64,000 nt of DNA. Origin: Nitrospirales bacterium (GTDB taxonomy: Bacteria; Nitrospirota; Nitrospiria; Nitrospirales; UBA8639). Made by a program: the position numbers and the translations under genes. The stretch spans positions 128,001 through 192,000 of the forward strand of contig CBDCWC010000002.1 of the NCBI GenBank assembly GCA_965223295.1, given 5' to 3'. The notes under the pieces were generated by a model that made no database searches, had not been told where the DNA came from, and worked only from the letters and a program-made list of their open reading frames with translations. This document shows, one piece after another, positions 1 to 9,463 of the stretch (position 1 is the first letter of the stretch; every line of letters starts with the position of its first letter).

Positions 1-706
1 CGGGTTGGATGTATTGTGAATGAAAACATCGGCCATCAAACATCATCAAGCGATTGGGTTTCATCTCGATAAGTTGAAGTAACTCCCAATAAGGGTTCCC
101 ATCATTGATGTAGCGATTGTCCCGGCAGGCAAAGAGCGGATTGAAAATCATACTATTTTGAAAGTTTTCATAACCTTCTGGGCTTGCCAGAAATTCATCA
201 CTTAATTCCAGCCGATCCGCTAACTGCCTAATTGATCCATCCGGCATGATCGGGACTCTTTCGAGTTCGGTCGGCCGATGACGATAGAGCCCCGTTCCAC
301 CTTTACAGAATCCTTCAGGGTTGAGATACACCATCGCGGTTACATCTTGGTCAATATGGGGTTGGCGTTGACCGACGTTTAAACGGAAATCCTGCATCTT
401 GATGCCTTGAAAGACTACCGGCTGCGGCGAAAAAAATGGGAAAAGGTTTCCGCCCCACATCTGACTTAAATGGTCAATCAAGGGTTGGGTGTTCATGTTG
501 AGTGTGGCCCGGACACCTGGAAAGTTCCCCACAATTTCAAATCGATCTGTATAGGGTAACTCCAGCGCAGTTTGGAGGATATCGTCAGGGTAAAGATAAA
601 AGTGATCCGCAAGGATGGTCTTGTGCTGTCCTAACCCAACTTGAAGAACCGAAATCTTAGGATTCGGATTAACAGCAAATAAATCTGGACGAACAGGCTT
701 GGGCAT
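1..706 (-). CDS. DUF6445-like 2OG-Fe(II) dioxygenase-fold protein (partial, runs off left edge)
   Basis: Manual translation from ATG at 706: MPKPVRPDLF...QRQPHIDQDVTAMVYLNP...GGTGLYRHR...NRLMMFDGRCFHS; HxD...H facial triad; no stop before base 1. Confidence 0.7.
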   Translation of the reverse strand, partial: MPKPVRPDLFAVNPNPKISVLQVGLGQHKTILADHFYLYPDDILQTALELPYTDRFEIVGNFPGVRATLNMNTQPLIDHLSQMWGGNLFPFFSPQPVVFQGIKMQDFRLNVGQRQPHIDQDVTAMVYLNPEGFCKGGTGLYRHRPTELERVPIMPDGSIRQLADRLELSDEFLASPEGYENFQNSMIFNPLFACRDNRYINDGNPYWELLQLIEMKPNRLMMFDGRCFHSQYIQP

Positions 707-1061
707 CGAGTCCCTTTAAAGAAAATTATGGAGTAAAATAGAGAAAGAAATCCGAAACATGGTGCGCTGGATAAGCCAAGAGAGTCAAGTCTCCTGAATG
801 CTCTTGCCCCTCTGGGGAAAGGGCAGGGTGAGGGGAACACAGTAAATGGTGCGCGAGCGTGAAATAGAGGAAGAAAAATTTTCGTTAATAAAGGAAAGTC
901 TTTGGACATGCTCAGTATGCTCTCAATGCTAAAGTTGTCCTTTTCCACGTTGTTTGTCAGGAATCCATCCTAACTTTTTTGTGGTTGATAGAGGTGAAAA
1001 CAGTTGATGGATTTATTTGCAGGGATCTACCAAAAAACAATAGTTGAGCAAATTTTGATGA

Positions 1062-1243
1062 TGCCGGGACTCGCCCCGGCGGGCGAGGTCCTTTTGTTTC
1101 GGTAAAAGGGCCCAAAACCATTGACGCTCAGTTCGGGAGATGAAGAGGGGACAGACGCCAGATGGAGAGCGAACCAACTCGCAGGGCTCAAACAAGGTTC
1201 GTAAGAAGAGAGCGTCCGTCCCGAGACCGAACAGCAGGCGTCG
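1062..1243 (+). repeat. Structured repeat family S, copy 1
   Basis: Aligns by eye with 13084-13272 and 42158-42372; nested stems, TTCG-capped hairpin, CTCGC-N4-GCTCARACAA loop. Confidence 0.75.
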
Positions 1244-1345
1244 AGAGGAGAGGCGGATGTAGAAGGTTGTGTTGAAGAGTCTTTTGCCCCGAGGTTGTTC
1301 GCCATGAATGAATCTAACTGAGGATCTGATTTTTTCTTAAAGGAG

Positions 1346-2998
1346 GTGAGTCTGATGACTGCTCCCTATCGAAAAATTTTGGAGACCGTTCGGACGGCTT
1401 TTCCTAAGCCAATTTCTGATCGTGTGCATGATTCCTATTTTGTCCATAGTGTCATGCGGGCAATTGATGCGGTCGATACGATGAAAAGTGAGCGGCCTAT
1501 TTTGGGTGAACGCAAGCCTCTGGATTATGGGGCGGCGAAGCAGAGTCGTCTGGCCGAAGAGGGGAAGACAGTGGAAGAGGTGACTCAGGAACTGGTGGAG
1601 TATTGTGAAGGCCTGACCCTATGGGGCCATCCTCGCACGCAACAGAATGTTGTGCCGCCAGTGACGATTTCTTCTCTCATCGGAGTGTTGTTGTCGTCGC
1701 TGTATAATCCCAATTTGGCATGGGATGAATATAGTCATCGCGTAGCGTTGGCGGAGGTGGAAGTGGTGACCATGTTGGCAACACTTCTAGGCTATGATCC
1801 TGAACAAGCGGGTGGTGTGTTTACCTTTGGTGGAACTGGTACCACGTTGTACGGGATGAAAATCGGTTTAGAAAAGGCACTGCCAGGGTCTTTAGAGCAT
1901 GGCATTCGTGAAGATGCCGTGATGTTTGCCAGTGATGGGAGTCACTATTGCCGGTACAACATCGCGGGGTGGTTGGGTTTAGGAGCTAAGAATCTGGTGA
2001 CAATTCCTACTACAGGCCATAATTCAATGGATGTGGCTGCGCTTCGCACGCAAGGTACGCAGGCACTCAAGGCTGGTCGAAAAATTTCCGGTATCATTGT
2101 TACGCTCGGAACAACGGATGCCTTTGGTCTGGATGATCTTCGAGCTATTATGGCGCTGCGGGATGAATGGGTCAAAGAATTTGATTTACCGTACATGCCG
2201 CACATTCATGCCGATGCAGTGATTGGATGGGCCTGGTCGGTGTTCACAGACTATTCTTTTGAAGACAATCCGCTGGGGTTTCGTCCCCGTACCCTACGTG
2301 CGTTAGCAGGAGCTTGTCACCATATCCGAGATCTGGCTTCTGCCGATTCCATTGGCATTGATTTTCACAAATCTGGCTTTGCACCGTACATTTCCAGTTT
2401 GCTGTTGGTGAAGAATGAAGAGGATCTTATGCGGTTGCAACGACCGCAAGAGCAAATGCCCTATCTGTACCAATTTGGCGAACATCGTCCAGGAATGTAT
2501 ACCTTGGAAACCTCCCGGGCAGGGACGGGTACGTTGGCTGCTCTCGCTAACTTACGGCTCTTTGGGAAGAAAGGTCTACGTGCCATCATTGGACATATTG
2601 TGGAGATGGCGCAGCTCTTGAGTGAACATTTAGAAAGTCATGCCTATACGAGTGTGCTGAACCGCGATAATTTCGGCCCTGTCACGCTGTTTCGCGCCTA
2701 TCCCGACGGAGTGAATACATTTGAGATCAAAGAAAAGGAAATTCATGATGCGGCCTTTCGAGATGCGCTTCTGAAGCATAACGAGTACAACCGGAAAATT
2801 TATGACTTTGTCCATGCAGAAGGAATGGCGGGGCGTGGAGTGGTGTTGTCGCTCACGGATTGCTATCGAAAGACGGACTATGGCGAACCGATTGTCGCGT
2901 TAAAGTCATTTATTCTTTCACCCTTTGTGGATAAAGAGAATGTAGAAATGGTGGTGAAGAAAGTGCTGGAAGCCCGAAATCTTTTAGCATCGAAATAA
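1346..2998 (+). CDS. Group II PLP-dependent amino-acid decarboxylase
   Basis: GVFTFGGT, HADAVIG, DSIGIDFHK (PLP lysine), TLETSR motifs; AAGGAG RBS before GTG. Confidence 0.85.
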   Translation: MSLMTAPYRKILETVRTAFPKPISDRVHDSYFVHSVMRAIDAVDTMKSERPILGERKPLDYGAAKQSRLAEEGKTVEEVTQELVEYCEGLTLWGHPRTQQNVVPPVTISSLIGVLLSSLYNPNLAWDEYSHRVALAEVEVVTMLATLLGYDPEQAGGVFTFGGTGTTLYGMKIGLEKALPGSLEHGIREDAVMFASDGSHYCRYNIAGWLGLGAKNLVTIPTTGHNSMDVAALRTQGTQALKAGRKISGIIVTLGTTDAFGLDDLRAIMALRDEWVKEFDLPYMPHIHADAVIGWAWSVFTDYSFEDNPLGFRPRTLRALAGACHHIRDLASADSIGIDFHKSGFAPYISSLLLVKNEEDLMRLQRPQEQMPYLYQFGEHRPGMYTLETSRAGTGTLAALANLRLFGKKGLRAIIGHIVEMAQLLSEHLESHAYTSVLNRDNFGPVTLFRAYPDGVNTFEIKEKEIHDAAFRDALLKHNEYNRKIYDFVHAEGMAGRGVVLSLTDCYRKTDYGEPIVALKSFILSPFVDKENVEMVVKKVLEARNLLASK

Positions 2999-3018
2999 AC
3001 AATCTCTAGAAGAAACGT

Positions 3019-3192
3019 TTGTTTGTGGGAAACTTAACGGGTGGGGTGTTTGACGATGGATCGCCAGGAGGGATTCCTGGAGGCCAAGTGAACCTCTATA
3101 CGTTTACAGGGGAACCACCCTCCGGGGTGCCTGAGCCAGCCACACTTGTGCTCATGGGCTCTGGTCTCGGTATTCTCTTCTATCACTGGTAG
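3019..3192 (+). pseudogene. Remnant encoding a PEP-CTERM sorting signal
   Basis: Frame reads ...GEPPSGVPEPATLVLMGSGLGILFYHW*; in-frame stop at 3007-3009 upstream; no basic tail; abuts a MITE. Confidence 0.6.
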
Positions 3193-3319
3193 TACGCTCC
3201 GCGCGCAAAAATGGCTGCGGCCTGGCTGGACGGACTTTTTTGAACAGACCCGACGCTGTTGATCGCCAAGGTCTTCCTGGCGAAGTATGGCCTTTGGCAT
3301 CTTCATTATTCACGACTCC
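3191..3319 (+). mobile_element. MITE family M, 5'-truncated copy
   Basis: Matches the 3' part of 5740-5931 and 40712-40902. Confidence 0.75.
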
Positions 3320-3431
3320 TTTACTGGAGTGTCCAGTTAGAGCGTGTTGCACCTGATAAAACACGGCAACGTGAATGTTTGCTGAAAAATGATTCGGAGA
3401 GTTGAGAATTTAGTCAGGCAGCTGGTGCGTC

Positions 3432-4010
3432 TCAATAAGAATGGTCACTATGCATGTCGAGAAATTTTGGTGCTAACACGCGGCTTTCCACGGTGAGAAA
3501 GCCCCGTTCCCGGAAGCTGTGGTAGGACAGAGAGATTTCCGTCTCTGAGCCTCGCCAGGTATACTGTTGATTCAGTCCTCGCATAATTCTTCCAGGTGAC
3601 CTAGGCCTTCTGCCGAACTGGTCTTCTAAGTATTCCAGTAATGATTGATGGGCGACCTCACCTTTGTAATAGAAGAGGGCTCGTGCATATTGATCGTCCA
3701 CACTATAAAGTTTAACGGACTCCATAAGGATTCCCTCTATCTGAGGAGCTCCTTTTTTGATGGTATAAATCCTGATTGCTTCGGATGTATCAATTTCCCG
3801 AAGGTCCGGTCGGTTGGCTAGAGGCGTACCCCACGTGATTCCATAGAACCCGTTTGGATCTTGTTTAATAGGGATTCCGCCAATTGCTGGTGCCGATAAA
3901 GCAAGAATGGCGAAAAAAATTATCGAGGCCCCGGACCAGCGGTGCCTCATGGAAAGTTTTTGGGTAACTCGGAGAAGAAGGCGAAGCATGAGAGGGCGAA
4001 AAGGTACCAT
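3432..4010 (-). CDS. Secreted hypothetical protein
   Basis: Hydrophobic signal-like segment, GFYGITWG motif similar to the ORF at 24401-24967; start uncertain. Confidence 0.65.
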   Translation of the reverse strand: MVPFRPLMLRLLLRVTQKLSMRHRWSGASIIFFAILALSAPAIGGIPIKQDPNGFYGITWGTPLANRPDLREIDTSEAIRIYTIKKGAPQIEGILMESVKLYSVDDQYARALFYYKGEVAHQSLLEYLEDQFGRRPRSPGRIMRGLNQQYTWRGSETEISLSYHSFRERGFLTVESRVLAPKFLDMHSDHSY

Positions 4011-4105
4011 GGTTATGTCTAGAGGGCAATTTTGAAGGATAATCGTGTGCGTCTTTCCAGTTTGCCAGTTCTAGCAATGCCACCTAACAAAATAGGAAGT
4101 GGTTG

Positions 4106-5062
4106 TTAGGCAGAAAGAAAGGCCGGTTGGAGATCCGGCAGGGAGGTTGAGTGGGAACTTAAAGCTATTCGATTGAGCATTTCAGGTTTAGTGGTGGTTC
4201 CAGCATTCATCGTAATCCATTTATCAGGGTTGTCGAGAATCGCTTGCACGAGTTGAGTGTGCAGAAGGTGCCCCGCTCGTTTAGCTTCAAAGCGTCCGAT
4301 AATGGGGAAACCGATAAGAGAAAGATCTCCAATAAGGTCGAGCACTTTGTGGCGAACACATTCATCCTGAAACCGTAAGGGATCCTCATTCACTAGGCCC
4401 GATTCGGAAAAGACAATTGTATTATTGAGAGAGCCTCCCAAGCCTAGGCCACGTGACCAAAGAAACTCCACTTCCTGCCGAAATGCAAATGTTCGAGCTG
4501 CAGCGATATTTTTGATGAATTCTTGAGGAGTGCAAGAATGTCGATAAGTTTGCTGTTCAATCATGGGATGTGGAAAGTCGATGAAATAACTTATATCCGG
4601 AAGCGCTGAAGGCAATACAGCAATAGACCGTTGTCCATCCTCTACATGGATGGGCAGAATTATTTTGATAAAGTTTCGTGGTTCTTCTTGAGAGGTGCGA
4701 CCTGTCTTTTGCACAGCTTCCACAAAAGGGGCTGCGCTTCCATCGAGCGCAGGGATTTCATTTCCCTGTACTTCAATATAGGCATTATCAATTTCTAGTC
4801 CAGCTAATGCAGCGAGAACATGTTCAACTGTTTGTACCTGAAAATCGCCAGATTGTAATGTCGTGCAGTGATCAGTTTGTTCTAGGGTTTGAATACTTGC
4901 CGGACAAGAAGACAGATGGTTGCCAACCTGCTTAACGAAGATGACTCCCGTGTTGCTGGGGGCAGGATGAATGGCGATTGAAGTGAGATTTCCTGAATGG
5001 AGCCCGATTCCAGATAAGAAAACAGACTTTGAGACCGTATGTTGCTGAGTCATAAAAGACAT
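4106..5062 (-). CDS. lpxC: UDP-3-O-acyl-N-acetylglucosamine deacetylase
   Basis: GIGLHSG, TVEHVLAAL, DGSA, ARTF, RHKVLDLIGDL, AGH motifs. Confidence 0.95.
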   Translation of the reverse strand: MSFMTQQHTVSKSVFLSGIGLHSGNLTSIAIHPAPSNTGVIFVKQVGNHLSSCPASIQTLEQTDHCTTLQSGDFQVQTVEHVLAALAGLEIDNAYIEVQGNEIPALDGSAAPFVEAVQKTGRTSQEEPRNFIKIILPIHVEDGQRSIAVLPSALPDISYFIDFPHPMIEQQTYRHSCTPQEFIKNIAAARTFAFRQEVEFLWSRGLGLGGSLNNTIVFSESGLVNEDPLRFQDECVRHKVLDLIGDLSLIGFPIIGRFEAKRAGHLLHTQLVQAILDNPDKWITMNAGTTTKPEMLNRIALSSHSTSLPDLQPAFLSA

Positions 5063-5316
5063 ATTAAACAAGCAAATACGAAAAAAATGAAGCCATACTG
5101 TGAATAACAGGACGAAAATGACTGCAAAAGTTATACTAAATGTTTTAGTGAAAAAACCAGTGTTTTTTTAACCACACGGATAAATTAAAATTTTGTATGT
5201 TGTAGGAATACAACAAATGTCTCTTTTTTTCTTAGTATCGATAGAAGAGAATCAAATAATTTTTTCGGATTGGCGTGGGAGAAAAAAGGAATGGTTTCCG
5301 GTTCGTGTGGCCTTGG

Positions 5317-5658
5317 CTAACAGGAGCGTGTATTAGTAAAAGTTCGTAGAAAGCGGAGTGATTCTTTTGTCTCAGCGAAAGATGCTGGAGAGGTTCGTGC
5401 TAATTGCGTAATGATTCCTCGGTGTTTCAGTGACAATCCGGATGCTTCAAAAATCTTTTCGAAGAGGGACCATTTTTCTTCGGGGTTTTTTAGCAGGGTT
5501 TGGGGGAAAAGTTCTGGTTTTGTGCGAAGGGTATTAGACAAATGTTGAAGAGCTTTTTCAATACTATGATACGGTGGAGCCAAGTTGAGGTGGGTATAAA
5601 ATGATTCTAGTTGGACACGAAAATCTTGTCGAAGTTGTTGAATAGGGTCGGAAGACAT
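5317..5658 (-). CDS. Hypothetical protein
   Basis: 113 aa ORF co-oriented between the sigma factor and lpxC. Confidence 0.6.
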   Translation of the reverse strand: MSSDPIQQLRQDFRVQLESFYTHLNLAPPYHSIEKALQHLSNTLRTKPELFPQTLLKNPEEKWSLFEKIFEASGLSLKHRGIITQLARTSPASFAETKESLRFLRTFTNTRSC

Positions 5659-5739
5659 GACAGTTCTTCTTTTGTGTAGCTGCAGAGTTGGTGTCTAGGC
5701 ATATGCTAAGGAGGTGCCACCTGTTTTGACAAGTCTGAC

Positions 5740-5931
5740 CGGTCTGTTGAAAAAAGCCGCCAGCGGCGTTCTCGCCCTTTTTCCGTGCTCACGTAGTGCC
5801 AGTACGTTCCGCGCGCAAAAAAGGGCTGCGGCCTTGCTGGACGGACTTTTTTGAACTGACCCGACGCTGCTGAGCACCAAGGGCTTCCTGGCGAAAGATG
5901 GCCTTTGCTATTGTCATTATTCAACAGTCCC
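5740..5931 (+). mobile_element. MITE family M, full copy (192 bp)
   Basis: Ends CGGTCTGTTGAA / TTCAACAGTCCC; flanked by direct repeat CTGAC (5735-5739, 5932-5936). Confidence 0.85.
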
Positions 5932-6020
5932 CTGACCGTTTTGGTCAGAGGGGATCTTCTTTGGGAAGGATTAAGAGTGTTTCTGTCTGAGAGTAGAGTG
6001 AGGGCCTTAGTGTGCACAAA

Positions 6021-7166
6021 CTATTTGATGGCTGCGAGCATATCTTTCATCCGGGGTTCTTTTAATTTCTGCAAGGCCTTGGCTTCAATTTGCCTGACAC
6101 GTTCGCGGGTAACGGACATGCTTTGTCCCACTTCCTCAAGCGTCCAGGGTTCGTCTTGGCCAATTCCAAATCGAAGCCGAATGACCATCTGCTCCCTCGG
6201 AGTTAACGAGTCTAAAATGTGTGCAACCTGTTGATTGGTTTCTTGACGAGAAACTGGTCCATCGGGGGTGATGGTTGTTTGGTCAGGAATGAAGTCAGTG
6301 AGAAAGGTGTCGCCTTCTCCTATAGGGGTCTCCAAGGAGATCGGGTCCTGAAACGCTTGAATGGTTTCATGAACTTTCTCCCGGCTCAGGTCTAGCGCAT
6401 CACCAATATCCTCCATCTGTGCCGGACGAGCTAGACGTTGCGTTAAACGCTTGGAGGTTCTGGCAATTTTGTTGGAGATTTCGTTGAGATGGACGGGAAC
6501 CCGGATGGTCCGGGACTGATCTGCCAGCGCTCTGGTAATTCCTTGCCGTATCCACCACGTAGCGTAGGTGCTAAATTTAAACCCTTTTTTATATTGAAAG
6601 CGCTCTGCGGCTTTCATCAGCCCAATATTCCCCTCTTGTACGAGATCAAGAAACGCGAGTCCGTGACCTGTATACCGTTTGGCAATATCCACAACTAAGC
6701 GTAAATTTCGTTGAACCAGTTCGGATTTGGCTTTCTCTAATTGAAATTTAGCCTGATGCAATTGTTGGCAAAGTGACTGCGTGGTGTTGTGGTGCTCAGG
6801 AATGAACGTTCCCAGATCCATCAGCATGGCGCGTAATTTTTCAAGAGCTGGAGAAGAAAGTCCGGTTAAGGCGGCCGTTTCTTTAAGTACCTGGATGGCG
6901 TTCTCTTTCTCAGAACTCTTCTTCAGGCTGTGCGTGAGTTGAAGGCCTTGTTTAATGATGGCTCGAATAGCACGGGAGGCATCGTCAATTTCTTTCGCGA
7001 GCCCAAATTCTGAATCTTTATTCAAAAGCGGACGGCTGCCGAATGACCGGAAGTACAAGGATTCCAGAGCCGGACTATATCCCTTAACTTGAGATTTCGT
7101 TTCATGTGTTTTGGTCTCACCCCTCTCTGTGTCACTGGGATGTTCCAAGAGGCTTTGATGTTTCAT
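6021..7166 (-). CDS. RpoD/RpoS-family sigma70 factor lacking region 1.1 (group 2-like)
   Basis: NLRLVVDIAKRY, DLVQEGNIGLMKA, FSTYATWWIRQ, TLEEVG...TRERVRQIE. Confidence 0.92.
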   Translation of the reverse strand: MKHQSLLEHPSDTERGETKTHETKSQVKGYSPALESLYFRSFGSRPLLNKDSEFGLAKEIDDASRAIRAIIKQGLQLTHSLKKSSEKENAIQVLKETAALTGLSSPALEKLRAMLMDLGTFIPEHHNTTQSLCQQLHQAKFQLEKAKSELVQRNLRLVVDIAKRYTGHGLAFLDLVQEGNIGLMKAAERFQYKKGFKFSTYATWWIRQGITRALADQSRTIRVPVHLNEISNKIARTSKRLTQRLARPAQMEDIGDALDLSREKVHETIQAFQDPISLETPIGEGDTFLTDFIPDQTTITPDGPVSRQETNQQVAHILDSLTPREQMVIRLRFGIGQDEPWTLEEVGQSMSVTRERVRQIEAKALQKLKEPRMKDMLAAIK

Positions 7167-7267
7167 AATAGGTTTCTGAGGAATCCCTTTCGTTTCAAAA
7201 TGTGGATGTTGTCAATCTGTGTCTTCTCTTTTTCTCTATGCGTTCAATGTTGAGATAAAAACTATTC

Positions 7268-7284
7268 AGCAAAAATCAAGCCAG
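7268..7284 (-). promoter_or_regulatory. Sigma54 -24/-12 promoter upstream of the sigma70 gene
   Basis: Minus strand CTGGCTTGATTTTTGCT, GG-N10-GC. Confidence 0.65.
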
Positions 7285-7588
7285 CCGTATCAAAGTCGCT
7301 TCAATGAACCCTCGACGCGTAAGTTTTTCCTTCAATTTTTTCTTAGTCGTGGTTCTTTGTTCTTCTACTATTTTAGTGACGTATTTTTTAAATTTTCTTT
7401 GAAAACATTAAAGAAAATCCTGATATTCCCACAGCGCAATCAAGGCGGGGACACTGCTCGCTCATTCAAGATCGGCAATTCTTTCAATTCACTGGATGGG
7501 TCAACAGGGGAAAAGCTTGCATTGAGCACAAAAATGTGCCTAAAAGCGGTAGAAATTGTGGAGGTATTTGACAGGTGCGTTAAATTTC

Positions 7589-8278
7589 TTACACATCGTT
7601 GCAGAAACGGTCCAAATCTTCTTCTTGTCCAATCATGACCAAGACATCACCTTTTTCGACGACATCATCCGGCTTGGGTGTAAAATTAAAGGTTTCTTCT
7701 GTTGCGATTTGTCCTTTCACCATACGACTGATTTGTTTTTTGATGCCAATAATATTGAGGTTGTGTTGCCCGCGTAATTTAATTTCTTCTAAGCTCATCC
7801 CAGATAATGTATCAGAGACCGACACTTCTTCGACGCTATACCCAGGAGAGAGTTCCAAGTATTCGATGACACCTGGAGAGACCAGCCGATGAGCAAGGCG
7901 AATAGCTGCATCTCGTTCAGGATAAATGACTTCGTCGACTCCCAGGTTCATCAGGATCTTTCCTTGAATGGGGGCCACGGCCTTTGCCACGATGGACTTC
8001 ACGCCCATTTCTTTGAGTGTTTGCACAATGAGAATGCTGGCTTCAATATTTTCTCCAATACTCACAACAGCCACGTCAACATTTTGGGCGCTGACGGCTT
8101 TTAATGCGCGTTCATCAGTGGCATCACATTGGACCGCAAACGTCGCAATGTCACTAATGGCCTGAATGCGTTCCTCGTCTTTGTCGATAGCCAAGACTTC
8201 ACAGCCTTTAGAAACCATGGTTTGGGCCACACTATATCCAAATCGCCCAAGGCCAATAACGGTGAAGAGTCGTTTCAT
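7589..8278 (-). CDS. ktrA: TrkA/KtrA-family K+ uptake regulatory subunit (RCK_N + RCK_C)
   Basis: VIGLGRFG Rossmann motif, VIYPERDAA, C-terminal TrkA-C domain. Confidence 0.85.
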   Translation of the reverse strand: MKRLFTVIGLGRFGYSVAQTMVSKGCEVLAIDKDEERIQAISDIATFAVQCDATDERALKAVSAQNVDVAVVSIGENIEASILIVQTLKEMGVKSIVAKAVAPIQGKILMNLGVDEVIYPERDAAIRLAHRLVSPGVIEYLELSPGYSVEEVSVSDTLSGMSLEEIKLRGQHNLNIIGIKKQISRMVKGQIATEETFNFTPKPDDVVEKGDVLVMIGQEEDLDRFCNDV

Positions 8279-8527
8279 GAGTTAACGTGTACAAAGATTA
8301 ACAGCACCGACACGCGACTGAGGTGAGAACAAATCAAAGACAATGTTGGGATAGGTCCACAATTGTGGGAACGGAATGGATATGACATGAATCATACGGT
8401 TGATGGTTAAGGCTGTCAAGAAAGGATTGAGGGCTTGAGATACGTCCCACCACTTTATGTTACTCAAGATCGTCCATTATTTCGATGGGTATCTCCATAA
8501 GGAAATCAACTGGTAGAATTCGAGCCA

Positions 8528-9427
8528 ATGAAATATTTCCAATCAGGGGAACGGATTCATCTCGTTGACAAGAAGGAGCGGCATTATGCCCTTACGTTAA
8601 AAGCCGGAGAAGTCTTTCAGCATAGTGGAGACCGTATTGCTCATGATGCCATTATCGGTCAACCTGATGGCACGGCTGTCGAGTTTTCTTCAAGCAAAGT
8701 CATGATCGCCATCTATCCAACCCTGGCCGAATATGCGGTAAAAATGCCAAGAGGGGCGCAGGTCATTTATCCAAAAGACCTCGCGATGATTCCGATGTGG
8801 GCCGATATTTATCCTGGTGCTAGAGTATTCGAATCGGGGGTAGGGTCGGGGGCACTTACTATGGCCCTGTTGCGAGCCGTGGGTGATCGAGGGTGTGTCG
8901 TCAGTTACGAAATACGAGAAGATTTTGCTGCCACAGCTACTAAAAATATTGAACGATTTATGGGAAAAACGCCTAATCATTTTTTGAAAGTTCGCGACGC
9001 CTATGAAGGCATTGAAATTGGCGAAGGCACGTCGGCTTGGTTTTTTGATCGAGTCGTTTTAGATATTCCTGAGCCATGGCAGGTTGTGCCTCATGCTGCC
9101 CGGGCTTTGCGGGCCGGCGGGATTTATCTGAGCTATGTGCCCACGATTCCACAAGTCATGCAAACTGTCCAAGCCATCGAAGAAAGCAGAGTGTTTACGT
9201 TCGTCAAGAATTTTGAGACTCTTCTCAGAACCTGGAATGTCAAAGGCCGTAGTGTGCGTCCCGATCATCGGATGGTGGCGCATTCAGGATTTATTACAGT
9301 CGCACGGAAAGTTGATACCCGTAAGTGGCAAGCTGGCGGGGTGGCTGAACAACATTCTCGAGAGAATTTCGATCATCAGTTCATCAAGGAGGATGAATGT
9401 CAAGAGCATGAATTAGAAACCCCCTGA
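8528..9427 (+). CDS. trmI: tRNA (adenine-58-N1)-methyltransferase
   Basis: MPRGAQVIYPKD, ESGVGSGALT, LDIPEPW, RPDHRMVAHSGF. Confidence 0.93.
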   Translation: MKYFQSGERIHLVDKKERHYALTLKAGEVFQHSGDRIAHDAIIGQPDGTAVEFSSSKVMIAIYPTLAEYAVKMPRGAQVIYPKDLAMIPMWADIYPGARVFESGVGSGALTMALLRAVGDRGCVVSYEIREDFAATATKNIERFMGKTPNHFLKVRDAYEGIEIGEGTSAWFFDRVVLDIPEPWQVVPHAARALRAGGIYLSYVPTIPQVMQTVQAIEESRVFTFVKNFETLLRTWNVKGRSVRPDHRMVAHSGFITVARKVDTRKWQAGGVAEQHSRENFDHQFIKEDECQEHELETP

Positions 9428-9463
9428 GCCCAATGTGGGTCAACTAGCAAAACTGGGATAAGT

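Noticed and set aside
1013-1305. ORFs over 1013-1305, 13016-13289 and 42026-42517
   Set aside because: They overlap structured repeat family S and have no protein motifs.
5123-5139. Sigma54-like boxes upstream of lpxC and at about 63001-63017
   Set aside because: They lack the invariant GG at -24 (AG and TG instead).
3034-6017. Short mutually similar ORFs (3034-3364, 5695-6017, also 40650-40888 and 56041-56295)
   Set aside because: They are translations of MITE family M copies.
8282-8467. Possible ktrB remnant (SRVGAVNL resembles GRVGPLTL)
   Set aside because: Similarity too short, and no membrane helices.
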